From contig CAZUZF010000002.1 in NCBI GenBank assembly GCA_964624955.1, forward strand, positions 1-46,643: DNA of 46,643 nt, written 5' to 3'. The notes below the pieces were generated by a model that saw only the letters and a list, made by a program, of their open reading frames with translations, was not told the DNA's origin and searched no databases. The stretch is from an uncultured Gammaproteobacteria bacterium. Lineage in GTDB: Bacteria; Patescibacteriota; Microgenomatia; Levybacterales; UBA12049. The translations under genes were made by a program, and so were the position numbers. Position 1 is the first letter of the stretch. Each line of letters opens with the position of its first letter. Of the stretch, positions 9,253-19,798 are shown piece by piece.

Positions 9253-10898
9253 GTTCCCACAATCCTAATTGCAATGCTTCCGTCTAAATTATATATTGTT
9301 TTGATAACAGAAGCACCGCCTGGGATATCTTTGGAAGTCCCAACAAAAAGCGTATTTTTGAGTAAACTGTCTTTTTGCCAGTCAATAGATCTAAAAGTAT
9401 ATCTACCGAATGAATGATGGGACTCAAAACTTCCTGAACTTGTACTTCCTGTCTTTTGATACTCGCTTGGGGGGAATTTAAGATAGAAGAGGAAAAACAT
9501 GTATGACTTATCCATCGGCTGATTATCTGAAATAACAATTTGATCGTATTTATCCTGCAACCTTAATACCTCATCTACAGCCTGTTTATACCCGTATTGC
9601 CAATCGGCTGAATGATAATAATTTTGCTGAACAAAATACTGATTTAAAAAGTATGCAAAATTAAAGATGAATACAAAGGAAAAAATTAAAAATCCAATAT
9701 ATTTTGCTTTTTTAAATCTTTGTAAATAAACAAATGAGTATACTATTCCTATAGCAGTAAGGATTTGCCATGTAGGAAGAAAATTTAGCGTCCTTACCGC
9801 ATGAGGAACTCCTGTTGTAATAGAAGCAGGAACAGGTGCCAATAAAAGCCAGCCGAAAATTAAAAGCTTGGTTTCTCTATTAAAATCGGAAAACATAAGT
9901 AAATAAATTCCAAAAAGAATAAATGGAATTTCAAACAGATATAAAAGCCCCATATTGGGAGCGTGATGCCTTGCTATATCCCCTCTTAAAAAAAGCCAGT
10001 TTGGGTCAAAATGAGAAATGTAACCTGCGATAATGGTCTTTGCGTAAACCACTCTTCTGTTATCAAATATTAAACCGAGGTTGTCATTGTTCATTTTATC
10101 TCTTTCAAGCTTTTGGATATTAGACTTCAAAAGCTCTGTTTTATATGAAAAAATGCTTGTTCCGGTAACTCTTAAAAGCGCCGCTTGGTTATTTAAGATG
10201 TAAAAAAACATCGGCAGAATAACAATAACTCCAACTACTAATGCGGCCAAAATATATTTTTTTGAAAGTGACCATATCTGTTTTCTATATATAAGCAAAA
10301 GTCCTAATACCAAAAGAGGCACAAACACTTTCTCACTTTGATAGGTGTAGATTCCAAGTCCTGCAAAAATTGCGGATAACACAAGCATCCATGGCTTTTT
10401 AATTCCCTTAACAAAAAACAGCACTGTCAGAATATTTAATGTACTAGCTACGTTGGATTCAAAGCCAACTCTTGAAAACTGAAGGGACCAGGCAGATATG
10501 GCCAAAAGAAAGCTTGCGACAAGAGAAATATAATCTCTGTACTTTTGTTTCTCAAAAAGTTCCCTGGTTAGGAAAAAAACGGCAATAACCGAGATAATGC
10601 CAAAAACACTTGAAGGGAATCTAACAGCAAAAACACCAAGATCAAACAAAAAGATTGCGGGAATAATAAGATAGGCATAAAGGGCGGGCTTGTAATCATC
10701 AAAGGATCTAAGTACAACTGGAAGAAATTTACCAAATTCATCCCTTCCAGTTTGAATTATCGAATAAGCGTCATATCCTAAGGCAACCTCATCCCAATCA
10801 GGAGAAGGCGGAACATTACCAAGCTGGTAGATTCTTAAAAAGGCAGCAAGAATTACAATACTGCTAATTAATATTAAAAGTAATTTTTTATTAACCAT
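9249..10898 (-). CDS. GT39/PMT_2-like (ArnT-like) membrane glycosyltransferase
   Basis: 549 aa. First-loop DE motif PSPDWDEVALGYDAYSIIQTGRDEFGKFLP...DDYKPALYAYL...FAVRFPS. Multi-TM followed by a soluble C-terminal domain. Paralog of the next three GT39-like genes. Confidence 0.9.
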   Translation of the reverse strand: MVNKKLLLILISSIVILAAFLRIYQLGNVPPSPDWDEVALGYDAYSIIQTGRDEFGKFLPVVLRSFDDYKPALYAYLIIPAIFLFDLGVFAVRFPSSVFGIISVIAVFFLTRELFEKQKYRDYISLVASFLLAISAWSLQFSRVGFESNVASTLNILTVLFFVKGIKKPWMLVLSAIFAGLGIYTYQSEKVFVPLLVLGLLLIYRKQIWSLSKKYILAALVVGVIVILPMFFYILNNQAALLRVTGTSIFSYKTELLKSNIQKLERDKMNNDNLGLIFDNRRVVYAKTIIAGYISHFDPNWLFLRGDIARHHAPNMGLLYLFEIPFILFGIYLLMFSDFNRETKLLIFGWLLLAPVPASITTGVPHAVRTLNFLPTWQILTAIGIVYSFVYLQRFKKAKYIGFLIFSFVFIFNFAYFLNQYFVQQNYYHSADWQYGYKQAVDEVLRLQDKYDQIVISDNQPMDKSYMFFLFYLKFPPSEYQKTGSTSSGSFESHHSFGRYTFRSIDWQKDSLLKNTLFVGTSKDIPGGASVIKTIYNLDGSIAIRIVGT

Positions 10899-12528
10899 AA
10901 GTGTAAGCTACCAATACGGGTGTACCGTCTAATAAATAAAATGTTTTGATTATATTTATATTTTGGGGCAAATTATATGGAGTATTGATGTATAAAACTT
11001 TATTCTTTTCACTTAGCTCATAATTAAAATCTTTTGGAAAAACATATTTACCTACTCTTTCTATATTGACAAAACCGAATGCATCCCTGTCAATGCTGGA
11101 ATTTTCTCTAAAATATTTTGGGTTTTTACCTGTGTAGAAAAGATAATACACATATGGTCTGCCTAAAGTTTGGGTAATTTGAATATAGTCATAGTCATTC
11201 TCTTGTGTTTTTACAAAATCTATTGACTCCTTATATCCGTATTGCCATTCTCCAGAATAGTCAAATGGATAATGTTTTAAATAATTGTGGGCAAAGTAAA
11301 CAACGTTTAAAAACAAAAGGGAAAATAAAATACCCGCTACCACTTTTTTTCTTTTTTTTACAAAATCCAAAACCTGGACAAACCCGTAAGCCACAATTAT
11401 CTGAAAGGTTGGGAGGGTAGTCTCAATTCTTAGAGCATGTGGAGTCTCCCTTGCCGTTGCTGCTGGAATTATGCCTATTAAAAGCCAAAGCGGAATAAGC
11501 CAGAAACTCCCTTCCTTTCTTTTTAGAAGCAACAATATTCCCGCCACAAAAAAGACTATGTCGAATATATACATTTGGCCTACTTCTTGAGTGGAAAACT
11601 TAGGATTTCCGTCTCCTTTTATAAATAAAAATATTGGAGAAAGATTATCAAAATAATGTTTTACATACTCAAGCGAATACAAAACCCTTCTATTATGAAT
11701 TATCTTTGACCAAAGCGCATTTGAGTCATTTGCAATTTCTTGGTTGGCGGTTTTTACAACTGCGGGATCTGAAAATATATTTACCTCCTTAAACCTCAAG
11801 GAAGCCTGGGGAGAAAGTAAAAAACCGATAATTGGTAAAAAAATCAAAAAACCTACTACAAAGGCGACAATCGTTTCTTTCTTGATTGTTAAAAGCTTTT
11901 TTCTAAAAACAATCACTAGGATCAGCACCAAAAGCGGGACAACAATTCTTGATGTATTAAATGTATACATCGATATGGCAAAGGATATTGCTGAAATTAC
12001 CAAATACCATTTCTTATCCCTAGTTGCAGCCAGAAATCCCCAAATACCTAATGCTATAAAAAATGACGCTACGTTTGCCTCAAAAGCAGCCCTAGACAAG
12101 AGGATGTGCCACGGAGATATGGCAAGGAATAATGAAGATAAGAGTGCGTAGTTTTCCTTATGTTTACTCTGGGAAAAAATTCTTTTTACCAAAAAATAAG
12201 TAAGTATTACTGTAAGTACTCCAAAAAAGGCAGACGGAAACCTTACTGCAAACTCATTTAAACCAAAAATTTTAATAGGAATAACATCAAGATATGCGTA
12301 GACAGGGGGTTTGAAATCTCCGAATGATTCAAGATAATCTATGGGCAAAAATCTTCCAAACTCATCTTTTCCGTCAAGTCCTAATGAGTAGGCATTATAT
12401 CCCCAGGCTACCTCATCCCAAGTAAGGCTTGGTGGATTTGTATTTAACTGATAAAATCTTAAAAAAACCGAAATGAAAACTATAAATACGAGTAGAATTA
12501 AATTTTTGTATTTTTTAATATATTGCAT
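10891..12528 (-). CDS. GT39/PMT_2-like membrane glycosyltransferase
   Basis: 545 aa. Motif LTWDEVAWGYNAYSLGLDGKDEFGRFLP...GDFKPPVYAYL...FAVRFPSAFFG. 8-nt overlap with the downstream gene. Confidence 0.9.
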   Translation of the reverse strand: MQYIKKYKNLILLVFIVFISVFLRFYQLNTNPPSLTWDEVAWGYNAYSLGLDGKDEFGRFLPIDYLESFGDFKPPVYAYLDVIPIKIFGLNEFAVRFPSAFFGVLTVILTYFLVKRIFSQSKHKENYALLSSLFLAISPWHILLSRAAFEANVASFFIALGIWGFLAATRDKKWYLVISAISFAISMYTFNTSRIVVPLLVLILVIVFRKKLLTIKKETIVAFVVGFLIFLPIIGFLLSPQASLRFKEVNIFSDPAVVKTANQEIANDSNALWSKIIHNRRVLYSLEYVKHYFDNLSPIFLFIKGDGNPKFSTQEVGQMYIFDIVFFVAGILLLLKRKEGSFWLIPLWLLIGIIPAATARETPHALRIETTLPTFQIIVAYGFVQVLDFVKKRKKVVAGILFSLLFLNVVYFAHNYLKHYPFDYSGEWQYGYKESIDFVKTQENDYDYIQITQTLGRPYVYYLFYTGKNPKYFRENSSIDRDAFGFVNIERVGKYVFPKDFNYELSEKNKVLYINTPYNLPQNINIIKTFYLLDGTPVLVAYTYG

Positions 12529-12532
12529 TTTT

Positions 12533-14230
12533 TTATGATTTTAACAATTTCTGTCTCTTTTCATATTCTAGCAAATCAAAGTTTCTAATTGCTTTAAATA
12601 TCACGTTTCCCAGTTTATCTTTAATTACAAAAACGGGCTTAACGTCTTTAGGAAAATCAACAGGATTTGAAATAATTAAAATCCTTTCATCCGACAGTCC
12701 CTTTAGCTCTTTTGCTATTGGTGGATTATCAACAAAATATATATTATTTATTCTATCTATTGATATCCATCCATCACTACCAGTTTTGTAATCTACGTTT
12801 TCTTTTTGCTGAAAGGAAGAAGGATCATATTTATTGTAGAAAAGATAATAGATATACTGTTTGGCATCATTTAAATGCTTTGATATATAAATTCTGTCAT
12901 AATCGTTTTTTAAAAAGTAAGTTTTTTCCATTAAATCTTTATATCCGTATTGGGAAAAAATGGAATAATTGTTTTTAAAGTAGGTGGTATAGATTACAAA
13001 AAAAGAAACAGAACTAAAAGAAATGACTAACACAAATATGGTAGTAAGTAAATACCTTAATTTCTTTCTTTCTTTTAAAATATCGAAAACATAATAAATT
13101 CCCAAACCGCCGAAAAGGGCTAGGAATGGTTGCATTATAGATGTCCTTGTATAGTTTCCGTCACTCGTAAACGAATCCGGTAAAGGAGAAAGTAAGAATA
13201 AAATAATTAAGGCTACATTTAATTTTCGTGGCCTACCATTTTTCAAAAAAAATGTAACTCCTATTATTAAAGGTAAGAAGTTAAAAAGATAATCTAATCC
13301 CCTTTTTGGCAATATTGAAAATTGTGTGGCAGTACCGTTTATATATAAAAAGTTGGGAGAAAAATGAGATAAATAATTTTTAACAAATGTGCTTGTAAAA
13401 AGAATCCCTTTATTATCTGTTATTTTGCAAATAATAGGATTAAATAAATTTAAGCATTGACCTCTCTCGTCATTGAGGTTATTTATTAAGCCTATGCTGT
13501 TAATGTTGGTTGTCAAACCTACCTGGGAAAATCTTACTAAAGCCGAATTTTTTTGAAAAATTATCGGGGATATAATAATTAAGAACAATATTAAAGGTTT
13601 TAACAAATACCTATATCCCTTTTCCTTTTTATAATTTAAATATAGAACTACTATTAAAACTAAAGGGGCGTAAAGAATATAGGCGGAATAAGTATACATA
13701 GTAAGGGAAAGAAAAAAAACGCAGTAAAATAAGCTTTTAGGAGATTTTTGTAATAGCCCAAAAAAGAGTGCAATTAGCAAAAATAAAATAGCAAGATTAG
13801 ATTCATGTCCTATCCTATTTAGCCCAACTGCCCAAGGCATTACTGCCAGTAACAATGCTGAGAAAAAAGCAGCCTTTTGGTTAATTAATTTCTTGACTAA
13901 GAAATATAAAACGGCAGTGGATAAAACTCCGGCTAAAGCTGATATAAACCTGATGGAAAACTCATTTAAACCAAATAGAAAGATAGGAATTAATGATGAA
14001 TACCTATGTATGGGAGGCTGAAAATCTCCAAAACCAATAAAATTATTTACAGGTAAAAAATTATTCCATTGATCTCTTCCCGTAAGAAGCAGAGAGTAGG
14101 CATCATACCCGGCATTAGCTTCATCGTTTAGTAATCCCGCGGGAATATTGCCAAGCTGATAAAACCTTAAAAAAAGGGCTATCAAAATAACTAACACTAA
14201 AGCAAAATTAATTTTTTTAAAAATATTCAT
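12533..14230 (-). CDS. GT39/PMT_2-like membrane glycosyltransferase
   Basis: 565 aa. Motif LLNDEANAGYDAYSLLLTGRDQWNNFLP...GDFQPPIHRY...FSIRFISALAG. Confidence 0.88.
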   Translation of the reverse strand: MNIFKKINFALVLVILIALFLRFYQLGNIPAGLLNDEANAGYDAYSLLLTGRDQWNNFLPVNNFIGFGDFQPPIHRYSSLIPIFLFGLNEFSIRFISALAGVLSTAVLYFLVKKLINQKAAFFSALLLAVMPWAVGLNRIGHESNLAILFLLIALFFGLLQKSPKSLFYCVFFLSLTMYTYSAYILYAPLVLIVVLYLNYKKEKGYRYLLKPLILFLIIISPIIFQKNSALVRFSQVGLTTNINSIGLINNLNDERGQCLNLFNPIICKITDNKGILFTSTFVKNYLSHFSPNFLYINGTATQFSILPKRGLDYLFNFLPLIIGVTFFLKNGRPRKLNVALIILFLLSPLPDSFTSDGNYTRTSIMQPFLALFGGLGIYYVFDILKERKKLRYLLTTIFVLVISFSSVSFFVIYTTYFKNNYSIFSQYGYKDLMEKTYFLKNDYDRIYISKHLNDAKQYIYYLFYNKYDPSSFQQKENVDYKTGSDGWISIDRINNIYFVDNPPIAKELKGLSDERILIISNPVDFPKDVKPVFVIKDKLGNVIFKAIRNFDLLEYEKRQKLLKS

Positions 14231-14817
14231 TTTTGAACTTTAAACCACATATTGAAGCTTAATTCAAAAAATCCCCCTTTTATATTGTCTTTTTCAAATC
14301 CTGCTTTTTCTATTAATTTTTCTATTGCTAATTTAGAATAGTGATGTTTATGATCATGTATCTCCTCAGCACTTATTAAAGAAAATAATGAGACTGCGTG
14401 CAATACTTTATCCGACCATGGAGATGGAGTAGTCATAATAAGAAAACCACCGTCTTTTAAGACTCTTAATATCTCCTTTAAAACAAAGTCGATTTTAGAA
14501 TCTTCAATATGTTCAAAAACAGCAAGCATTGTAACAACATCAAAGAAATTTTCTTTAAAGGGAAGTGGGTTTTTGATTACATTGTGTTTTTTAAGAATTA
14601 TCCCGTTAACATTTGAAGTTATAAGGAAAGGATCGATTCCATACCTTTCTTTAAAGCCTGATGTAGTTAAAAAATAAGGATAAGATCCGCATCCAATATC
14701 TAATATTTTTCCTTTTTCTAAGCTTTTCGGAATAAGGCTGTTTGCCTTTTGTGCTCTTTTTCTTGCTAGAAAATTCTCAAGTAAACCAGATCCTCTGGTA
14801 AAATGTTGGTTGTTCAT
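14227..14817 (-). CDS. Class I SAM-dependent methyltransferase
   Basis: 196 aa. Motif I ILDIGCGSYPY, then FDVVTMLAVFEHIED and GGFLIMTTP. ATGA overlap with the downstream GT39-like gene. Confidence 0.88.
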   Translation of the reverse strand: MNNQHFTRGSGLLENFLARKRAQKANSLIPKSLEKGKILDIGCGSYPYFLTTSGFKERYGIDPFLITSNVNGIILKKHNVIKNPLPFKENFFDVVTMLAVFEHIEDSKIDFVLKEILRVLKDGGFLIMTTPSPWSDKVLHAVSLFSLISAEEIHDHKHHYSKLAIEKLIEKAGFEKDNIKGGFFELSFNMWFKVQK

Positions 14818-14819
14818 GT

Positions 14820-16523
14820 TTATTTTAAAGACAGTAATGTAAATGCAACTGTATTATCAGGTCTTTTTATTTGAGCTACTACCTTTACTCCCTCTTTTGG
14901 AATCGGACAGCCTTGATCATTTATATAAAGAGTGTTTTTAACTCCTCTTAAGGTCGTGGTCTTTACTTTACTAATTGGATCTATCGATACAAGCTGGGCA
15001 AGAGGGCACTTTTCTTCTGTAATTTCATATTTATCAAAAGAGATACTTCCATAGTTTGTTTTATTCGTGTCTTTAATAATAGCTTGAAGTTTTAACGGAT
15101 CATATTTGCTATAGAAGGCAAGAAAAATTGTAGGAGCAGAATTTGAATCAGTTATTACTATCTTTTCATAAATCTTATACTGACTATTAATTGTATAAAC
15201 TAAGTCCCTATAGCCTTCTTGCCTATACCAAGGCTGATGAACCACTTGATGGATATGGTATTGATGAATATAAAAGAAAAAATTATAAATAATAATAAAG
15301 CTAAATATTGCTCCAATAATTAAAGACGCGAACCTAAATTTTTTGTTTAATATAACCGCGTTATTTAAAATATTTATAAAACCAAAAGCAATTAAAATAG
15401 AAAGGGCGGGGAAAACTAAAAGGGTTCTTTGTAAATTTGGTATATCATCAAAAGTTAGCCCGCTTCCAATTGGAACTATTAATATCCAACCTAAGATCAA
15501 AAGAAGTTTCTCCTTTTCTTTTATCAAAAAATAAACCCCAGAAAGAATAAACAATAAATCGATAATATAAAGCAGTCCCATTGACGGCACTTTGTATCTT
15601 ATGGGGAGTCCTAAATCATTAAAAAGAAAATTAAAAGAAAAATGATCAAAATAATTTTTAACAAAAGTAGATGAGTAGTTAGATATTTTGTTATGGAATG
15701 CTCTGGCAGTAAATATAGAAACATTTTTTACGCCATCTTCTCTTAACTGTTCTTCAAGCACTAATTGAGTTAGGGGATTTTGAAATATTGATAAACTTCT
15801 AATCCTAAATGAGAGTTGGGGAGAGAGTAAAACATATATAACAGGGGTCACTATCAGTACTAAATAAATAATAGATGGAATAACTAATTTTTTTATATTT
15901 ATCTTTTTTATATATAAACCGTATAAAAACAAAAGCGGTATAAAAATTGGAAGAAAACTTCTTGCAGCCTGATAAATAACTAAGTTAATTGCAAAAACAA
16001 TGAATGCAAGAATTAATAAATATAATTTATTCTTATTTAGCCAATATATATAAAGACACATACCTAATGTTATAAAAAAGACCACCAAAACACTTTCGGT
16101 TGATAGTCTGGATAAATTAATATGCCAAGGAGAAATAGCCAGAAAAAAGCTACTCAAAAGACCAATTACTTCTTTATTTTTTTTATCTTTAAAAATTAAA
16201 ATAACTAATAAATAAACCAAAGGAACGGTTAAACTTCCAAATAAGGCTGCTGGAAATCTGGTGCTTAATTCACTTAAACCAAAAATTGCTATAGAGGGTA
16301 TTGCGCTATATGAATATCCCGCGGGGCTGTATAGAAATGAATGTAAGTTAAAGGGTAATAAATTTCCCGTTATTTCTCTTCCTGTTTTTAAGATTGAAAA
16401 GGCGTTATATCCAAAATATGCCTCATCAACATGAAAGCCTGTAGGATTTTTACCTAAATCGACAAACCGTAAAAACGTACCTAATAAAAAAATAGCAAAT
16501 AAAATTATATATATTTTTTTCAT
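14820..16523 (-). CDS. GT39/PMT_2-like membrane glycosyltransferase
   Basis: 567 aa. Motif GFHVDEAYFGYNAFSILKTGREITGNLLP...LSTRFPAALFG. Multi-TM plus a C-terminal soluble domain. Confidence 0.88.
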   Translation of the reverse strand: MKKIYIILFAIFLLGTFLRFVDLGKNPTGFHVDEAYFGYNAFSILKTGREITGNLLPFNLHSFLYSPAGYSYSAIPSIAIFGLSELSTRFPAALFGSLTVPLVYLLVILIFKDKKNKEVIGLLSSFFLAISPWHINLSRLSTESVLVVFFITLGMCLYIYWLNKNKLYLLILAFIVFAINLVIYQAARSFLPIFIPLLFLYGLYIKKINIKKLVIPSIIYLVLIVTPVIYVLLSPQLSFRIRSLSIFQNPLTQLVLEEQLREDGVKNVSIFTARAFHNKISNYSSTFVKNYFDHFSFNFLFNDLGLPIRYKVPSMGLLYIIDLLFILSGVYFLIKEKEKLLLILGWILIVPIGSGLTFDDIPNLQRTLLVFPALSILIAFGFINILNNAVILNKKFRFASLIIGAIFSFIIIYNFFFYIHQYHIHQVVHQPWYRQEGYRDLVYTINSQYKIYEKIVITDSNSAPTIFLAFYSKYDPLKLQAIIKDTNKTNYGSISFDKYEITEEKCPLAQLVSIDPISKVKTTTLRGVKNTLYINDQGCPIPKEGVKVVAQIKRPDNTVAFTLLSLK

Positions 16524-18160
16524 GTCTTAAGTTTTATTATTTCAAATTTTTTATTCATAAAATACGCTATTATAAGTATTAATCCCAAGATACTTATGGT
16601 ATCAGACAATAATCTCAAAGGTGTTTCGCTGAAAAAAACCTTAACATTGTAAACACCTTGTTTTACGTAGAAGGTTATTAACCCCCTATGACTTACATCT
16701 TGGAATTCAATTGGCACTCTATCTCCGTTAACATCCACCCTCCAGCCTGGAAAATATACAGTGTTATCGAGTATTTGAATAGGTGTATCAGCTTGTAATA
16801 TAAAGCTATGCATATTAGATTTTCTAGATATATTCTTTATAGCTCCTTCACCCGAAATTATCTCTATATTTTTAAGGGGGATTGAAGAAAAATCCCCCGC
16901 TGTCCAAACAGTACTTGTCCTCATATGATAATCAGTAGTGCCTTTATATTCTAAATAAAAATTATCATTTTTATAACTATACCCGTTAACTTTTACGTAC
17001 TGAAGAGACGATATGATAAATATAAAAAGTATTACAGATAAATAAATCTTTCTGTCTATTTTTCCCAGTATATAAAAAGCGATCATAGATAGTGAAAAAC
17101 CTGCTACTGCGATAAATCTCCAGGGATAACCCATTAGCTTTATCAGAGGTAGATTTTCCCATAAAGCTTTGGAATATGGTGTTACCATAAAAACAGATAT
17201 GCAAAATATAAACAGCCAAAAAATTAACATTTTCTTATATTTAATAAAATGCTTCCAAAATATGATTGTTATGACTGGGATCAAAACATAAAGGATTCCA
17301 AGTTGAGGTGATTGTCCTTTTGTAGTATTAATTTCAGGGGCAAATCCCCACTTTGAATAAATTAAATTTGGGATATCAATAAAGTTACTTAAATATACCT
17401 TTTCAACAATTAATTTAGACAGAACATATTTACCTTCTAAAATCGACGGTAACCAAAAAAAGCTCGAAAGCATCAACCCCAAACCGATAATAAGAGTGGG
17501 GTAGAAAAGTTTTTTTATATCTTTGGAAAATATAATAGCATATGCTAAAAAAACAGGGGTAAACATTAACGCAATACCGTTATGGGAAAGAATAAATAAA
17601 CCATAAAATATTCCACCAAATATTATATCTTTAATTGCATTTTGCTTAATACTTTTATCTATATAAAAGAAAATAATAGGAATAAATACAAAACTTATTA
17701 GTTCCGCTATGTCTCCCCTAACAAAGGTGTCTAAAAACCTGTAAGGAGTAAGAAGATAAATAACTGAGGCGATAAAAGCAACTTCTTCCTTTGCGTATTT
17801 TCTTAACCAAATGAATAAAAATATTGGAGATAATATAAAACTTAGATAAATCATGATTTTAAATATTGATTCAAAACTTAAATTAAATAAATGCAAAAAG
17901 CTTGCAATGTAACCCGGCAGGGGATAGAAAAATATAAACAGGGGAGAGCCATAGCCGTAATTTAGATTCCCAGCCCAACGTGGAATAATTTGTCCGTCTC
18001 TAAATGCTTGAAAATATCCAGCAAATCGAGCCACATGCGCTTCTGAGTCATGACTGTTATAAAGACCATTTTGTAATAAGGGGAATAAAAAAAATGTAGC
18101 GATTAAAATAATTAATAATATATATTTCTGATTTACTATAAATACAAAAATCTTGCGCAT
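16520..18160 (-). CDS. PTPS-related / COG5617-like polytopic membrane protein (GT-C candidate)
   Basis: The ORF-track start at 18169 is TTG (a TTGA overlap). The first ATG (MRKIFVFIV) is at 18160; either start is possible. Motifs HDSEAHVARFAGYFQAFRDGQIIPRWAGNLNYGYGSPLFIFFYPLP and C-terminal YFPGWRVDVNGDR. Confidence 0.87.
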   Translation of the reverse strand: MRKIFVFIVNQKYILLIILIATFFLFPLLQNGLYNSHDSEAHVARFAGYFQAFRDGQIIPRWAGNLNYGYGSPLFIFFYPLPGYIASFLHLFNLSFESIFKIMIYLSFILSPIFLFIWLRKYAKEEVAFIASVIYLLTPYRFLDTFVRGDIAELISFVFIPIIFFYIDKSIKQNAIKDIIFGGIFYGLFILSHNGIALMFTPVFLAYAIIFSKDIKKLFYPTLIIGLGLMLSSFFWLPSILEGKYVLSKLIVEKVYLSNFIDIPNLIYSKWGFAPEINTTKGQSPQLGILYVLIPVITIIFWKHFIKYKKMLIFWLFIFCISVFMVTPYSKALWENLPLIKLMGYPWRFIAVAGFSLSMIAFYILGKIDRKIYLSVILFIFIISSLQYVKVNGYSYKNDNFYLEYKGTTDYHMRTSTVWTAGDFSSIPLKNIEIISGEGAIKNISRKSNMHSFILQADTPIQILDNTVYFPGWRVDVNGDRVPIEFQDVSHRGLITFYVKQGVYNVKVFFSETPLRLLSDTISILGLILIIAYFMNKKFEIIKLKT

Positions 18161-18165
18161 TATCT

Positions 18166-18876
18166 TCAATCTGTAAACCTGTATTTAAATAAGTACCAAA
18201 AAGCTTTTGTACCGTCTTTAAAAGCACTTATTTTCTTCCCTTCTTCATAGCCTCTTGGAGTAACTTGAATAGGAAGTTCTAAAATCCTGTATCCCTTTTT
18301 TAAAAGTTTTGAGGTAATTTCAGGCTCAAACTCAAATCCTTTTGCGTTAAGCTTTACTCCGTCCAAAGCTTTTCTTGGGAAAAGTTTATAACATGTTTCC
18401 ATGTCCGTTATCCATTGTCCGTACAAAACACTTGTAACCAGACTTAAAAATCTATTGCCAAAATAATGCATTAAAAATCTTAAATTTCTTTCCTCATTTT
18501 TAAAATTAGGAAGTCTTTTTATTCTGGTTCCATAAACGACTTTAGATTTTCCATTCAGTATTGGCTTAATTAAATATTTAATAAATTTTGGGTGGTATTC
18601 CAAATCCGCGTCTTGGATAATAATATATTCCCCCGTTGAATTTTTAATTCCTGTTATGACTGCTGCTCCTTTGCCCTGATTTTTATTGTGGAAGATTATT
18701 TTAATATCTTTAGATTGAAGTTTCTTAAGTTTTTGTACTGTACCGTCCGTTGATCCATCATCAACAACAACTATTTCCTTCTCAACGCCTGGGATTGGTT
18801 CTTTTTTTACTCTCTCAAGTATCTCGGTTACGGTAGAGCTTTCATTAAATACAGGGACAATAATAGATAATTTCAT
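18166..18876 (-). CDS. GT2 glycosyltransferase, DPM1/GtrB/CsbB-like (candidate polyprenol-phosphate sugar synthase), no C-terminal TM
   Basis: 236 aa. Motifs LSIIVPVFNES, VVVDDGSTDGT, IIQDADLEY and FEFEPE, typical of Dpm1-like GT2. Confidence 0.88.
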   Translation of the reverse strand: MKLSIIVPVFNESSTVTEILERVKKEPIPGVEKEIVVVDDGSTDGTVQKLKKLQSKDIKIIFHNKNQGKGAAVITGIKNSTGEYIIIQDADLEYHPKFIKYLIKPILNGKSKVVYGTRIKRLPNFKNEERNLRFLMHYFGNRFLSLVTSVLYGQWITDMETCYKLFPRKALDGVKLNAKGFEFEPEITSKLLKKGYRILELPIQVTPRGYEEGKKISAFKDGTKAFWYLFKYRFTD

Positions 18877-19796
18877 TTTGAATAGTTTTCTGTAGCCTTT
18901 TTATCAGAAAGTATAAACATTCTTTTGTTATTATAGCGTGATTTTAATATTTTGGGAAACATTAAAAGTGCTTTTATAAATCCAAGATAAAAAGCAAAAT
19001 CTAAGGAAACTGCAGTTTTTACAAAGTGGTAGGGAAGCCACAAGAAATGTTTAATTAAAAGGTCAGTGTCTGTTAAGTTAGTCCACACAAAGATAAACTG
19101 ATTTCTATAAGCAATAGTTTTGATATTAAATGGAGAAAATCTTTTTTTGATCACTCCCTTTTCATGTTCATGAAACATAACGCTTTTTTTCTCAAATAAA
19201 ACCTTATACCCTGCCTTTTGCGCCCTGTAGGATAGGTCAATATCCTCCCAGTAAAATGGATTATATAATTTATTAAGTCCTCCCAAAAGCTCCCAAGTTT
19301 TTTTTCTGAATGCTCCGCTTCCAGCGGAAACCCAAAGAGTATCAGAAAGATCAACTTCTCCTCTACTATGCACCAAAAATCCTCTTTTCCAAGACCCAAT
19401 GCCCCTGCCACGAAGAACAATACTTTCTTCCTCAATGCTTTTATCCATACAGCCTACTGCAAAAAACTTCTCGTTACTAAAATGTGAGATAAGGGGATCT
19501 AAAAAACCTTTCTCCGGGTAAACATCTGTATTTAAAAGAATTAAAATCTCTCCACTTGCTTTCTCTACTCCCCTATCAACAGTTTCGGAAAAACCCACAT
19601 TTTTTGGATTTATAAAAAGCTTTATTTGTGGAAACTTTTTTATTACATTTATTGAATCGTCATCTGACCCATCATCCACTATGATTACCTCTGTTTTTCC
19701 CTTTTTATAACTATCGAGTTCTTTGAATAGTTTGGGTAGATTTTTTGATAAAAGCTGTCCTCCGTTAAAATTGGGAATAACTACGCTTAAATTCAT
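18873..19796 (-). CDS. GT2 glycosyltransferase (WbbL/rhamnosyltransferase-like subgroup)
   Basis: 307 aa. Motifs LSVVIPNFNGG, IIVDDGSDDDS, LLNTDV and YWEDIDLSYRAQKAGYKV. Confidence 0.88.
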   Translation of the reverse strand: MNLSVVIPNFNGGQLLSKNLPKLFKELDSYKKGKTEVIIVDDGSDDDSINVIKKFPQIKLFINPKNVGFSETVDRGVEKASGEILILLNTDVYPEKGFLDPLISHFSNEKFFAVGCMDKSIEEESIVLRGRGIGSWKRGFLVHSRGEVDLSDTLWVSAGSGAFRKKTWELLGGLNKLYNPFYWEDIDLSYRAQKAGYKVLFEKKSVMFHEHEKGVIKKRFSPFNIKTIAYRNQFIFVWTNLTDTDLLIKHFLWLPYHFVKTAVSLDFAFYLGFIKALLMFPKILKSRYNNKRMFILSDKKATENYSK

Positions 19797-19798
19797 AT

